DNA from: Halobacteriales archaeon
GTDB lineage: Archaea; Halobacteriota; Halobacteria; Halobacteriales; Hikarchaeaceae
Assembly (NCBI GenBank): GCA_034521615.1
Contig: JAXHME010000017.1
Coordinates: 6,728 to 70,727, forward strand
DNA: 64,000 nucleotides
Direction: 5' to 3'
Under the pieces are notes generated by a model that made no database searches, was not told the origin of the DNA, and saw only the letters and a list, made by a program, of their open reading frames with translations. Shown here piece after piece: positions 47,488-58,493 of this stretch (position 1 is its first letter; the number at the start of each line of letters is the position of its first letter). A program made the position numbers and the translations under genes.

Positions 47488-48661
47488 ATGGACCGACGGC
47501 GGGACTGGGAGCTGCTGGGCGTGACGACCGCGGCGTTCTTCGTCACGATGGTCGCCAGGCTCGCCCCCAGCCCGCTGGTCCCCGACGTCATGGCGGCGTT
47601 CGACGTCTCGAAGAGCCAGGTCGGCCTCGCGCTCACCGGGATGTGGGCCGCCTACGCGCTGTTCCAGTTCCCGGGCGGCGTGATCGCCGACCGGGTCGGC
47701 ACCCGGCGGATCATCGTCGTCGCGATGGTGGCCACCGGGGTCGGCAGCCTGCTGCTGGCGACGTCGCCGACGTTCGTCCTCTTCGCCGCGTTCGCGGTCG
47801 CCCTCGGCGCCGGCGCGGGCCTCTACTACACCGCCGGGACGGCCTTCCTCACCTCGCAGTTCCGGGACACCGGCCGGGCGCTGGGCGTCCACGAGATCGG
47901 CGCGTCCAGCGCAGGGCATCGTCGGGCCGACGGCCGCGGTGGTCGCCGCCGGCCAGTTCGGCTGGCGGGCGGGGCTGCTCGTCCCGACCGCGCTCGCGGC
48001 CGTGGTCGCGGTGCTGTTCTACCGGACGGCGCCCGAGACCCCGCCGGCCGACCCCGACGCCAGCCTCGCCGACCAGCTCGAGGTGGGCCGGCTCCTCGCG
48101 CTGCTCTCCCGGCCGCCGATCGTGCTCACCGCGGCCGTGGCGGCGGTGGGCTACTTCAGCTTCCAGTCGTTCGCCTCCTTTTTCCCCACGTTCCTCGTCG
48201 AGTTCGTCGGCGTCACCGCCACGCAGGCGAGCCTCGCGTTCGGCGCCGTCTTCGCGATCACGATCGTCGGCGCGCCGGCGCTCGGCCAGCTCTCCGACCG
48301 CGTCGGCCGGGACCCCGTGCTCGCCGTGTCGATGGCGATCGGCGTGCTCGGCTTCGCGACGTTCCTGCTCGTCGACGGCCTGCCCGCGCTCGTGGGCGGG
48401 ACGCTGCTGCTCGGGGCGGGCCTGAGCTGGGCGGGCGTCCTCAACTCGCGGTTCATGGACAGCCTGGCCGTCCACGAGCGCGGCACGGGCTTCGGCCTCG
48501 TCCGCACCATCGTGCTGCTGGTCAGCTCGCTCGGGAGCGTCGTCACCGGGACGCTGGCTGACGCGGCGGGCTGGCTGCCGGCGTTCGGGCTCGTCGCCGC
48601 GCTGCTCGGGCTCACGGTGGTCGGGCTGGCGCTCAACCGTCTGGCCGGCCTCGGCGGCTGA
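47488..48661 (+). pseudogene. MFS transporter, frame-broken at about 47914-47916
   Basis: The frame of 47488 (MDRRRDWELLGVTTAAFFVTMVARL...FPGGVIADRVGTRRII...GVHEIGASSA) continues in the frame of track ORF 47939..48661 (GIVGPTAAVVAAGQFGWRAGLLVP...). Confidence 0.8.
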
Positions 48662-48701
48662 CCGGCGCCAGCGTTATGGCCCGGTGCCCGGCAGTGGCGG
48701 T

Positions 48702-50108
48702 ATGCGCCACGACACCGGCTTCCTCGACGGCCTCGACCTCGAGGGCGCCGTGGAGACCGACCCCGACGGGCTCGCCGAGCACTCGACGGACTACGGCACC
48801 GCCGAGGCCGAGGGCGTCGCCCCCGACGCCGTGGTCTACCCCGCCTCGACCGCCGACGTCTCGGCCGTCCTCGCGGCCGCGGACGACCGCGGCGTGCCGG
48901 TGACGCCCTACGCCGCCGGCACGAGCACCGAGGGCAACCCCGTGCCGGTCGAGGGCGGGATCAGCCTCGACATGACCCGGCTGGCCGGCGTCGAGGCGGT
49001 CCACCCCGACGACTTCCTGGTCGACTGCGGCCCCGGCACGATCGGCGCCGACCTCGAGGCCGCCGTCGCCGAGCACGGGCTCATGTGCCCGCCGTTCCCC
49101 CAGTCCGCCCAGATCTCGACGATCGGCGGCATGATCGCCAACGACGCCAGCGGCACGCGGACGGTCAAGTACGGCGAGGTCGGCGACTGGGTCCGCGAGC
49201 TCGAGGTCGTCCTCGCCGACGGCACCGTGCTCACGGTCGGCAGCCGGGCCGCGAAGAGCTCCAGCGGCTACAACCTCCGGGAGCTCCTGGTCGGGAGCGA
49301 GGGCACGCTCGGCGTCATCACGCGCGCGACGCTCGCGCTGACGAACGAGCCGGCCGAGCGGGTCGCCGGCCGGGCGCTGTTCGACGACCTCGACGAGGCC
49401 GCCGACGCCGTCGCCGACGTGATCCGGGCGGGCGTCGACGTCGCGACGATCGAACTCATCGACCGCGACACCGCGGCCATCGCGAACGCCTACACCGGCG
49501 CCGTGATGCCGGACACCCCGATGGTGTTCGTCGAGGTCCACGGCCCCGACGAGGCCAGCGTCGCGGCCGAGCTCGAGCGCTGGCGCGAGTACTGCGTCGC
49601 GGGGGGCGCCACGTCGGTCGAGACCGGCACCGACGAGGCCGAGCGCGAGCGGCTCTGGCGGGCCCGCCGGGAGATCGGCCACGCCCTGCTCGAGTACGAC
49701 CCCGAGCTGGACCCGCTGGCCATCGGCGACGTCACGGTCCCCATCGGGCGCTACCCGGCGATCCTGAAGCACGCCCGGTCGGTCGCCGAGGAGCTCGACC
49801 TGCTGATCCCCTGCTTCGGCCACGCCGGCGACGGGAACCTCCACTACGCCGTCATGGTCGACCGGGACGACGACGAGCACGTCGAGCGGGGCTGGGCCGC
49901 CTCCGACCGCATCGTCCGGCGGGCGCTCGACCTCGGCGGCACCTGCACGGGCGAGCACGGCATCGGCCGCGGCAAGCGCCGGTACATGCGCGACGAGCAC
50001 GGCGAGGCGGGGCTGGCCGCCATGCGGGCCGTCAAGGACGCCCTCGATCCCAACGGCACGCTCAACCCGGGCAAGGTGTTCCCCGACCCCGGCGGCGGGG
50101 CGCACTGA
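48702..50108 (+). CDS. FAD-linked oxidase (GlcD/D-lactate dehydrogenase family)
   Basis: MRHDTGFLDGL...VVYPASTADVSAVLAAADDRGVPVTPYAAGTSTEGN...IGGMIANDASGTRTVKYG...GEHGIGRGKRRYM... Start at ATG 48702; the track start at 48684 is a GTG. Confidence 0.88.
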   Translation: MRHDTGFLDGLDLEGAVETDPDGLAEHSTDYGTAEAEGVAPDAVVYPASTADVSAVLAAADDRGVPVTPYAAGTSTEGNPVPVEGGISLDMTRLAGVEAVHPDDFLVDCGPGTIGADLEAAVAEHGLMCPPFPQSAQISTIGGMIANDASGTRTVKYGEVGDWVRELEVVLADGTVLTVGSRAAKSSSGYNLRELLVGSEGTLGVITRATLALTNEPAERVAGRALFDDLDEAADAVADVIRAGVDVATIELIDRDTAAIANAYTGAVMPDTPMVFVEVHGPDEASVAAELERWREYCVAGGATSVETGTDEAERERLWRARREIGHALLEYDPELDPLAIGDVTVPIGRYPAILKHARSVAEELDLLIPCFGHAGDGNLHYAVMVDRDDDEHVERGWAASDRIVRRALDLGGTCTGEHGIGRGKRRYMRDEHGEAGLAAMRAVKDALDPNGTLNPGKVFPDPGGGAH

Positions 50109-50154
50109 GTCGCGCCGGAAAGGACCGGCAAACCCGGCCGGAAACGAACGCCGG

Positions 50155-50186
50155 CGTGTCGATGACCGACACGTGACGTGACACGT
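50155..50186. promoter_or_regulatory. Dyad/repeat cluster GTGTCG-N6-CGACAC overlapping GACACGT-GACGT-GACACGT, just upstream of a TATA-like TAGCTATAAGCG (50194-50204)
   Basis: Read directly. The TATA element lies about 25-33 nt before the ATG of the substrate-binding protein gene (50228). Confidence 0.4.
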
Positions 50187-50227
50187 TCTCCCCTAGCTAT
50201 AAGCGACCACACTGCCTGGGCACGTCC

Positions 50228-51538
50228 ATGTCGTCGAGAGATGGTAACCGAAACGGGAAGCGCATCGACCGCCGGTCAGTCCTGAAGTCCGCTGGGGCGG
50301 CCGGCGTCATGGGGCTCGCCGGCTGCCTCGGCGGGGGCGGCGGAGACGGCAGCGGTGACGGGGGCGACGGCGGCGACGGCGGCTCGACCGCCACCGCCAC
50401 GCCGACGCCCGGCAGCTCGATGGAGGAGCCGATCACGATCGGGGCCGTCCACCCGCTCACCGGCCCGTACGGCGCGCTCGCCGAGTTCCAGCAGCAGGGC
50501 CTCGAGCTCGCCGTCCAGGCGATCAACGACGAGGGGATGCTCGACCGCGAGGTCCAGAGCTTCCACGAGGACTCCCAGCTCGACCCGCAGACGGGCAAGC
50601 AGAAGGCCCGCAAGCTGCTCGAGGACGACGGCGCGGACATGCTGACCGGCGCCATCAGCAGCTCGGTCGCCATCGCCATCCACGAGTTCGCCGCCCAGGA
50701 GAACGTCCCCTACATGGCGCCCGGCGCGGCGAACTCGATGACGATGAGCAACTGCAAGCGGACCACGTTCCGCTACGAGATGCGGGCCCAGCAGACCGGC
50801 GTCGCGACCGCCCCGTGGGCGGTCGACAAGTTCGGCTCGAACGTCTGGATCCACAACGCCGACTACGCCTGGGGCAACTCCGTCGGGAACGCCTGGAAGG
50901 CACAAGCCGAGGCCGCCGGCGCGAGCATCGAGGGGCACACGAAGAGCGAGCTCGGCGCCACGGACTTCTCGTCGTACATCAGCCAGATCGCGTCCTCGGA
51001 CGCCGACTGGGTCGCCACGGGCGTCAACGGCGGCGACGCGGTGAACTTCCTGAAGCAGTCCGAGAGCTACGGGCTGAAGGGCAACGTCGACATCGTGAGC
51101 CCGACCAACGCCTTCCAGTTCATCCGGAAGGCCGCCGGGGGCGCCGCCGAGGACACCTACGCCACCATCCGGTACTACGAGAACTTCGACAACGCGGCGA
51201 ACAGCGAGTTCGTCAGCCTGTTCGCCGACGAGTACGGTCGGCCGCCGGACAACTTCGCCCACGTCGTCTGGGTCCACGCGTTCATGTACGCGAAGGCGGT
51301 CGCCCAGGCCGGCACGACCGACACCGACCCGGTCATCGACGCCCTCGAGCAGGTGAGCTTCGACGGCCCGATGGGGAACGTCATCTTCCGCGAGTGCGAC
51401 CACCAGGTCGAGCGGCCGGTCCAGCTCGGCAAGATCGTCGCCGCGGACCAGTACGACTGGCCGGACGTCGAGATCGAGACGACCGTCGAAGGCGCCGACG
51501 CGATGTTGCCCTGCGACGAGACCGGCTGCAGCATGTGA
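50228..51538 (+). CDS. Liv-type (branched-chain amino acid/amide family) ABC transporter substrate-binding lipoprotein
   Basis: 436 aa. Tat-like RIDRRSVLKSAGAAGVMGLAGC lipobox, Gly/Asp/Thr linker, then a periplasmic-binding-protein type I pattern (...ITIGAVHPLTGPYGALAE...). Confidence 0.85.
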   Translation: MSSRDGNRNGKRIDRRSVLKSAGAAGVMGLAGCLGGGGGDGSGDGGDGGDGGSTATATPTPGSSMEEPITIGAVHPLTGPYGALAEFQQQGLELAVQAINDEGMLDREVQSFHEDSQLDPQTGKQKARKLLEDDGADMLTGAISSSVAIAIHEFAAQENVPYMAPGAANSMTMSNCKRTTFRYEMRAQQTGVATAPWAVDKFGSNVWIHNADYAWGNSVGNAWKAQAEAAGASIEGHTKSELGATDFSSYISQIASSDADWVATGVNGGDAVNFLKQSESYGLKGNVDIVSPTNAFQFIRKAAGGAAEDTYATIRYYENFDNAANSEFVSLFADEYGRPPDNFAHVVWVHAFMYAKAVAQAGTTDTDPVIDALEQVSFDGPMGNVIFRECDHQVERPVQLGKIVAADQYDWPDVEIETTVEGADAMLPCDETGCSM

Positions 51539-51621
51539 GCCGGCGACGGGAGCCACCCGTCGTCCCGGTCGCCCGCCGCCAGTAGCAACCGCCTTCACGT
51601 CCGAACCTACCACGAAACCAA

Positions 51622-53571
51622 ATGGCCGTCAACACGAACCTCCTCATCCTGCAGCTGCTCAACGGCGTCGCCTTGGGCATCCTCTACCTGCTGATCGCCT
51701 CGGGCCTCTCGGTCATCTTCGGGATGACCGACATCATCAACATCGCCCACGCGGTGCTCTACACCCTCGGGGCCTACTTCGCCCTCACCGTCCTGGACGT
51801 GACCGGCAGCTTCTGGATCGCGCTGGTCCTCGCCCCGCTGGCCGTCGGGGTGGTCGGCGCCGTGATGGAGCGATCGACGCTGCACCGCATCTACGACCGC
51901 GACCCGCTCTATCACGTCATCCTGACGTTCGGGTTCGTCCTCATCGGCACCGAGCTGATCGAGCTCATCTGGGGGAAGGCCCCCCAGCGGTTCTCCATCC
52001 CGGAGCTGTTGGCCGGGGCGCTCCCGCTCGGGCCGGTCTTCTACCCGAAGTACAAGCTGTTCCTCATCGGCATCGGCGTGGTCATGGCCATCGGGGTCTG
52101 GGCGCTGTTCGAGTTCACCGAGTTCGGGCTCGTCATCCGCGCCGGCGCGCAGGACGCCGACGCGGTCAGGCTGATGGGCCTCGACGTCTCGAACTACTTC
52201 ACCGGCGTCTTCGCGCTCGCCGCCGTCCTCGCCGGCGTCGCCGGGGTGCTGGCGGGGCCGTTCCTCAACGTCATCCCGTCGATGGGCGAGTCGGTCCTCA
52301 TCATCGCGTTCATCGTCGTCATCGTCGGCGGCATGGGCTCGTTCAAGGGCTCGGTGGTCGCGGCGCTGCTCATCGGCGTGGTCCAGACGCTCGGGACCGT
52401 GTTCGCCGAACAGCTCACCGGCTTCACCGTCTTCTTCCTGATGATCCTCGTCCTGCTCGTCCGCCCGCAGGGCCTGTTCGGCGAGTACAACATCCGCCAG
52501 GAGGCCACGAAGGTCGAGTTCGGCGAGACCATCCCCCCGGTGCCGCTCACCGACCGGCGGGCGCTGGGCCTGATCGCCGTGCTGGCCGTCCTCCCGCTCG
52601 GCATCGGGACCCTCTACTCCTCGTTCTTCCTCGCCATCCTGACCCTGGTGTTCGCCTGGGCGCTCCTGGCCCTCAGCCTCGACCTCGTCGTCGGCTACGT
52701 CGGGCTGCTCTCCTTCGGGCACGCGGCGTTCTGGGGCCTGGGCGCGTACGCGACCGCGCTGGTCGCCATCCACCTCACCAACTCGTTCCTCCTCGCCCTC
52801 GCCGTGAGCATCGTCGTCACCGCGGTCGTCGCCTGGGTCATCGGGGCGCTGTCGATCCGGCTGGCCGGCATCTACTTCCTCATCATCACGCTCGCCTTCG
52901 CCGAGATCTTCCAGGAGGCCTCGGTGACCTTCAACGACCTCACCGGCGGCTCTGACGGCCTCTCCGGCATGCCGACGATGGAGCTCCTCGGCGCCATCAA
53001 CCTCGGGAACACGGTGATCTTCTACTACGTCGCGCTGGCCATCGTGCTGGCGGTGTACGGCCTCACGATGCGGCTGCTCGACTCGCCGTTCGGGCGGGCG
53101 ATGGTCGCCATCCGGGAGAGCGAACGCCGGCTCTCGTTCCTCGGCTACGACACCGAGAAGTACAAGCGGCGGGCGTTCACCATCTCGGGGGCCATCGGCG
53201 GCATCGCCGGCGCCGTCTTCGCCACCTACCAGACGTTCGTCAGCCCGGAGTCGCTCTCCTGGATCATCTCCGGGGACGCCTTCGTGATCATCCTGCTGGG
53301 CGGCATGGGCACCCTGTTCGGGCCGATGCTCGGCGCCGCGGTCTACGTCGGCATCAGCGAGATGCTCTCCTCGTACATCGCCCAGTGGCGGCTCGTGCTC
53401 GGCCTGCTGCTCGTGTTCACCGTGATGTTCGCCCCGCGCGGCCTCATCACGCTGCGGATGGTCGCCGCGGACTACCTCGACCGGCTCCGGGCCGGCCCGG
53501 GGCCCGCCGAGACCGACGGCGGCGAGCCCGTCGACGACGAGCCCCGCCCCGACGGGGGTGAGCGCCGGTGA
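51622..53571 (+). CDS. Fused LivH-LivM-type ABC transporter permease (single 649-aa polypeptide)
   Basis: Residues ~1-288 match LivH (...LLNGVALGILYLLIASGLSVIFGM...LVRPQGLFGEY). A linker follows, then a LivM-like half (...LSLDLVVGYVGLLSFGHAAFWGLGAY...FAPRGL...). Confidence 0.88.
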   Translation: MAVNTNLLILQLLNGVALGILYLLIASGLSVIFGMTDIINIAHAVLYTLGAYFALTVLDVTGSFWIALVLAPLAVGVVGAVMERSTLHRIYDRDPLYHVILTFGFVLIGTELIELIWGKAPQRFSIPELLAGALPLGPVFYPKYKLFLIGIGVVMAIGVWALFEFTEFGLVIRAGAQDADAVRLMGLDVSNYFTGVFALAAVLAGVAGVLAGPFLNVIPSMGESVLIIAFIVVIVGGMGSFKGSVVAALLIGVVQTLGTVFAEQLTGFTVFFLMILVLLVRPQGLFGEYNIRQEATKVEFGETIPPVPLTDRRALGLIAVLAVLPLGIGTLYSSFFLAILTLVFAWALLALSLDLVVGYVGLLSFGHAAFWGLGAYATALVAIHLTNSFLLALAVSIVVTAVVAWVIGALSIRLAGIYFLIITLAFAEIFQEASVTFNDLTGGSDGLSGMPTMELLGAINLGNTVIFYYVALAIVLAVYGLTMRLLDSPFGRAMVAIRESERRLSFLGYDTEKYKRRAFTISGAIGGIAGAVFATYQTFVSPESLSWIISGDAFVIILLGGMGTLFGPMLGAAVYVGISEMLSSYIAQWRLVLGLLLVFTVMFAPRGLITLRMVAADYLDRLRAGPGPAETDGGEPVDDEPRPDGGERR

Positions 53572-54320
53572 GCGTCCTCGAGGTCGACGGCCTCACCAAG
53601 CAGTTCGGCCAGCTGGTGGCCGTCGACGACGTCACCCTCGAGGTCGACCGCGGGGAGATCAGGTCGATCATCGGCCCCAACGGCGCGGGCAAGTCGACGT
53701 TCTTCAACCTGATCACCGGGCTGATGCTCCCGACCGACGGCACCGTCACGTTCGACGGCGAGGACATCACCGGGCTCAAGCCGTTCGAGATCGCCCGGCG
53801 CGGCGTCGCCCGGTCGTTCCAGATCACGGACGTCTTCGGCGGGCTGACCGCCTTCGAGAACGTCCGGATCGCGGCCCAGGTCGGCCACGACAAGCGCGAC
53901 TCGTTCTTCGCGCACGCCGACGACATCGAGTCGGTCAACGAGGTCGCCCACCGGGTGCTCGAGGACATCGAGCTGGCCGATCGGGCCGACCAGCGCGCGG
54001 GGGACTTCGCCTACGGCGACCGCCGGAAGCTCGAGATCGGGCTGACCATCGCCAACGACCCGGACCTGCTGCTGCTCGACGAGCCCACCGCCGGCATGAG
54101 CCGCGAGGAGACCATCAGCGCGATCCGGATGATCCGCCGGCTCGCCGACGAGCGCGAGTTCACGCTCATGCTCATCGAGCACGACCTCGAGGTCGTCATG
54201 AACATCTCCGACCGGGTGACCGTGCTCCAGGACGGCGGCGTCATCGCCGAGGGGCCGCCCGACCGGGTCCGGCAGGACGAGATCGTCCGCGAGGCCTACA
54301 TCGGGGGGGCGCTGTCGTGA
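53568..54320 (+). CDS. livG: Liv-type ABC transporter ATP-binding protein (LivG-like)
   Basis: 250 aa, GTG start overlapping the upstream stop. GPNGAGKSTFFNLITG, ...YGDRRKLEIG..., LLLLDEPTAGM. Confidence 0.92.
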   Translation: MSVLEVDGLTKQFGQLVAVDDVTLEVDRGEIRSIIGPNGAGKSTFFNLITGLMLPTDGTVTFDGEDITGLKPFEIARRGVARSFQITDVFGGLTAFENVRIAAQVGHDKRDSFFAHADDIESVNEVAHRVLEDIELADRADQRAGDFAYGDRRKLEIGLTIANDPDLLLLDEPTAGMSREETISAIRMIRRLADEREFTLMLIEHDLEVVMNISDRVTVLQDGGVIAEGPPDRVRQDEIVREAYIGGALS

Positions 54321-55054
54321 GCGACCCGCTCCTCTCCGTCGAGGACCTCCACGCCGCCTACGACCAGACGCCCGTCCTCACGGGCGTCACCCTCGCGATC
54401 GAGCGCGGGCAGGTCGCCTCCCTCATCGGCCGGAACGGCGCCGGGAAGACGACCACGCTCCGCAGCGTCATGGGCATCCTGCGGCCGACGGGAGGCGCCG
54501 TCGTCTTCGACGGCGACGACGTCACCGGGCTGCGCGAACACCAGAAGACCAAGCGCGGCATCAGGCTCGTGCCAGAGGAACGCCAGCTCTTCCCGGACCT
54601 CACCGTCACCGAGAACCTCCGGATGGGCGGGCTCTCGAGCGACGGCGGCGTGTTCAGCCTCGACCAGGCGTTCGAGGCGTTCCCCCGGCTCGACGAGCGG
54701 CGGGAGCTGCCGGCCAACCACCTCTCGGGCGGCGAGCAGCAGATGCTCGCCATCGCCCGGGCGCTGATGGGCCGGACCGAGCTGCTGCTGCTCGACGAGC
54801 CGACCGAGGGGCTCGCCCCGCAGATCATCGAGGACGTCCTCGAGATCATCGGCCGCATCGTCGAGGAGGGCGTGACCGTGCTGCTCGCCGAGCAGAACAT
54901 CCACGCCGCGATGGCGGTCGCGGACCGCCACCACGTCATCGACAAGGGCGAGATCGTCTTCGAGGGGTCGACCGACGACCTCGAGTCGAACGAGGAGCTC
55001 CAGGAGCGCCACCTCGGCGTCGGGGTCGAGGCCACCGGCCTGTTCGACGACTGA
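54317..55054 (+). CDS. livF: Liv-type ABC transporter ATP-binding protein (LivF-like)
   Basis: GTG 54317 overlapping the livG stop. VSDPLLSVEDLHAAYDQTPVLTGV...GRNGAGKTTTLRSVMG...LSGGEQQMLAIARAL...LLLLDEPTEGLAP. Confidence 0.92.
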   Translation: MSDPLLSVEDLHAAYDQTPVLTGVTLAIERGQVASLIGRNGAGKTTTLRSVMGILRPTGGAVVFDGDDVTGLREHQKTKRGIRLVPEERQLFPDLTVTENLRMGGLSSDGGVFSLDQAFEAFPRLDERRELPANHLSGGEQQMLAIARALMGRTELLLLDEPTEGLAPQIIEDVLEIIGRIVEEGVTVLLAEQNIHAAMAVADRHHVIDKGEIVFEGSTDDLESNEELQERHLGVGVEATGLFDD

Positions 55055-55066
55055 GCGGTCCCCCGG

Positions 55067-57217
55067 CTACGTCTCCAGCGCGCCCGCGAAGGTACAGCAG
55101 TCGGCCCGCCCCGTGGCGACCAGCGTGTCGACCGTGTCCCGGTCGGTCGCGAGGGGCGTCGCCAGCGTGCGGACGTCGGCGGCGTGTCTGAGGTGGTCGC
55201 TGGCGCCACCACGGTCGGCGGCGGGATCGGGCGGCTCGGGGCCGCCCGTGGGGTCCGGGATTGGGGCCACCAGGTCGACGCCGGCGTCGGCGAGCGCCGA
55301 CGCGAAGGCGATCGTCTCCGTCATCGCGAGGCCCTCCTCGGCCCCGGACCCGACGGTCAGCGTCACGCCCAGGGGTGCGTCGGCCGGCCAGGCCTCGCTG
55401 ACGGCCTCGACGACCTCGAGCGGGTACCGCCGGCGGGCCTCGGGTGAGCCGCCGTACTCGTCGTCGCGGTCGTTGGCGAGCGGCGAGTGGAACGCCCCTA
55501 GCAGCGTGCCGGGCCCGGCGTGGAGCTGGAGGTAGCCGAAGCCCGCTTCGTCGGCGCGCCGCGCCACGTCGGCGAAGGCGTCGCGGACTCGGGTCAGGGA
55601 CGTCGCCGACATCGCCCCGGGAACGAACGAGCTCGGGGGGTGGGCGAACGCGTCGCGCAGCGGCGGCGCCCAGGCGCTCGAGTGGGGCGTCGACCCGTCG
55701 AACCCGAACACGCCCGGGTCCCGCGCCGACCGCGCCCCGGCGTGGACGAGGTGGGCCCCGAGGACGGCGTCGCCCGCCGCCCGGGCCTCCTCGACCGCCC
55801 CGGTCCACGAATCCCGCTGGTCGTCATCGTACAGCCCGGGGCTTCCGGGGGTCGGCCGCCCCGAGGCTTCGACGGCCAGCGGCTCCGTCAGCGCGAGGCC
55901 GGCGCCCGCCCGCGACCGGTCGACGAACGCCCGGAGCGCCGACGCCGACGGCGTACCCTCGCTCGACGACCAGCTCGGCTCGGCGACGCCGACGAACCGG
56001 TTGGGCAGCGTCGCGCCCGCCAGCGCGAGCGGCTGGTCGGCCGGCGGGCCCGGGGCATCGCCGATCGCCTCGGCCGGAAGCGGCGTCTCGGCGGCCGCGA
56101 ACCACCGGTCGAGCTCGTCGACGTACCGGGGGTCCCGCGCCCGGAGGCTCCCGTAGGTCAGCCGGCCGCTCCGGGTCAGGTGATGGGCGGCAAAGCGCGG
56201 GCCGGGCGTCCCGTAGAACCGCCGGATCGACTCGAAGTGGCGCCGGCTCCGCTCGCCGGCGGCCTGCAGCGGCTCGACGAACGACTGGCGCCGGGACTCG
56301 TACTCCGCGAGCGCGTTCTCGAGGTCGCCGTCGTAGCCGTCGAACGCCCGGGCCAGCCCGATGCCGTCCTCGAGCGCGAGCGTCGTGCCCGAGCCGATGG
56401 AGTAGTGGGCGGTGTGGGCCGCGTCGCCGACCAGCACGACGTTGTCGTGGTACCACGAGTCGTTCCGCACCGTGGTGAACGTCCGCCAGCGGTCCTGCTC
56501 CGAGCGGAGCGCGTGGCCGTCGAGGTAGTCGGCGAAGGCGTCCTCGAGGTAGGCGAGGTACTCGGCCTCCGCCAGCTCGTCGAAGCCCGCGTTCGCCCAC
56601 GTCTCGGGGTCGCAGTCGACGATGAACGTGCTCGTCCGGCCCGGGTAGGTGTGGGCACACCAGAGGCCGTCGTCGGTCTCGACGAAGACGTGGCTCAGCG
56701 CCTCGAACGGCTGGTCGGTCCCGAACCACGAGAACCGCGCGTCGCCCTCGACGGTCTCGGTGCCGAGGGCGTCGGCGAACGCGGCCCGCGTCGGGCTGTG
56801 CTGCCCGTCGGCGGCGATCAGCAGGTCCGTCTCGACCGCCCGGGCCGCCGGGTCGGTCACCTCGGACTCGAACTCGAGCTCGACGCCGACCTCCCGGCAG
56901 CGCGACTGGAGGATGTCGAGCAGGTCGGTCCGCATGAGGCTCGCAAACCGATGGCCGCCACAGCGGTAGCGCTCGCCGCGGTAGTGGATGTCGAAGGGCT
57001 CCCACTCGGTGAAGGCCTCGGTGATGTCCGCGTGGGTCTCGGGGTCGGCCTCGGCGAGGGTCGAGAGGCCCCGGTCCGGGAAGACGATGCCCCAGCCGTA
57101 GGTGACGTCGGGCGGGTTCCGCTCGTGGACCGTCACCGACCAGTCCGGGTGGGCCCGCTTGAGCAGCAGGCTGGCGTAGAGCCCGCCCGGGCCGCCGCCG
57201 ACGGTGGTGACCTCCAC
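55067..57217 (-). CDS. Two-domain flavoprotein: N-terminal FAD aromatic-ring hydroxylase fused to a C-terminal Old-Yellow-Enzyme-type reductase (2-aminobenzoyl-CoA monooxygenase/reductase or salicylyl-CoA 5-hydroxylase-like architecture)
   Basis: 716 aa. VGGGPGGLYASLLLKR (GxGxxG), ...LLIAADGQHSPTR..., ...VLVGDAAHTAHYSIGSGTTLALEDG... C-terminal ...LPNRFVG..., ...GFGYLQLHAGPGTLLGAFHSPLANDRDDEYGGSPEARRRYPLEVVEAV... Confidence 0.75.
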   Translation of the reverse strand: MEVTTVGGGPGGLYASLLLKRAHPDWSVTVHERNPPDVTYGWGIVFPDRGLSTLAEADPETHADITEAFTEWEPFDIHYRGERYRCGGHRFASLMRTDLLDILQSRCREVGVELEFESEVTDPAARAVETDLLIAADGQHSPTRAAFADALGTETVEGDARFSWFGTDQPFEALSHVFVETDDGLWCAHTYPGRTSTFIVDCDPETWANAGFDELAEAEYLAYLEDAFADYLDGHALRSEQDRWRTFTTVRNDSWYHDNVVLVGDAAHTAHYSIGSGTTLALEDGIGLARAFDGYDGDLENALAEYESRRQSFVEPLQAAGERSRRHFESIRRFYGTPGPRFAAHHLTRSGRLTYGSLRARDPRYVDELDRWFAAAETPLPAEAIGDAPGPPADQPLALAGATLPNRFVGVAEPSWSSSEGTPSASALRAFVDRSRAGAGLALTEPLAVEASGRPTPGSPGLYDDDQRDSWTGAVEEARAAGDAVLGAHLVHAGARSARDPGVFGFDGSTPHSSAWAPPLRDAFAHPPSSFVPGAMSATSLTRVRDAFADVARRADEAGFGYLQLHAGPGTLLGAFHSPLANDRDDEYGGSPEARRRYPLEVVEAVSEAWPADAPLGVTLTVGSGAEEGLAMTETIAFASALADAGVDLVAPIPDPTGGPEPPDPAADRGGASDHLRHAADVRTLATPLATDRDTVDTLVATGRADCCTFAGALET

Positions 57218-57242
57218 GGCTACCGACCCCGCGAGGCGTCCG

Positions 57243-58442
<1,200 letters not shown>

Positions 58443-58493
58443 GTCGCGGGCGAGGGCCGACCGGGGCTTAACTGCTCGGCCGGCGGCAGGCCG

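Noticed and set aside
18203-47916. Programmed ribosomal frameshifting or transcriptional slippage as the explanation for the frame breaks.
   Set aside because: The sites are heterogeneous: both +1 and -1 shifts, different homopolymers, and one with no homopolymer. There is no shared slippery heptamer or downstream structure, and the affected genes are unrelated. Indels, whether real or technical, are far more parsimonious.
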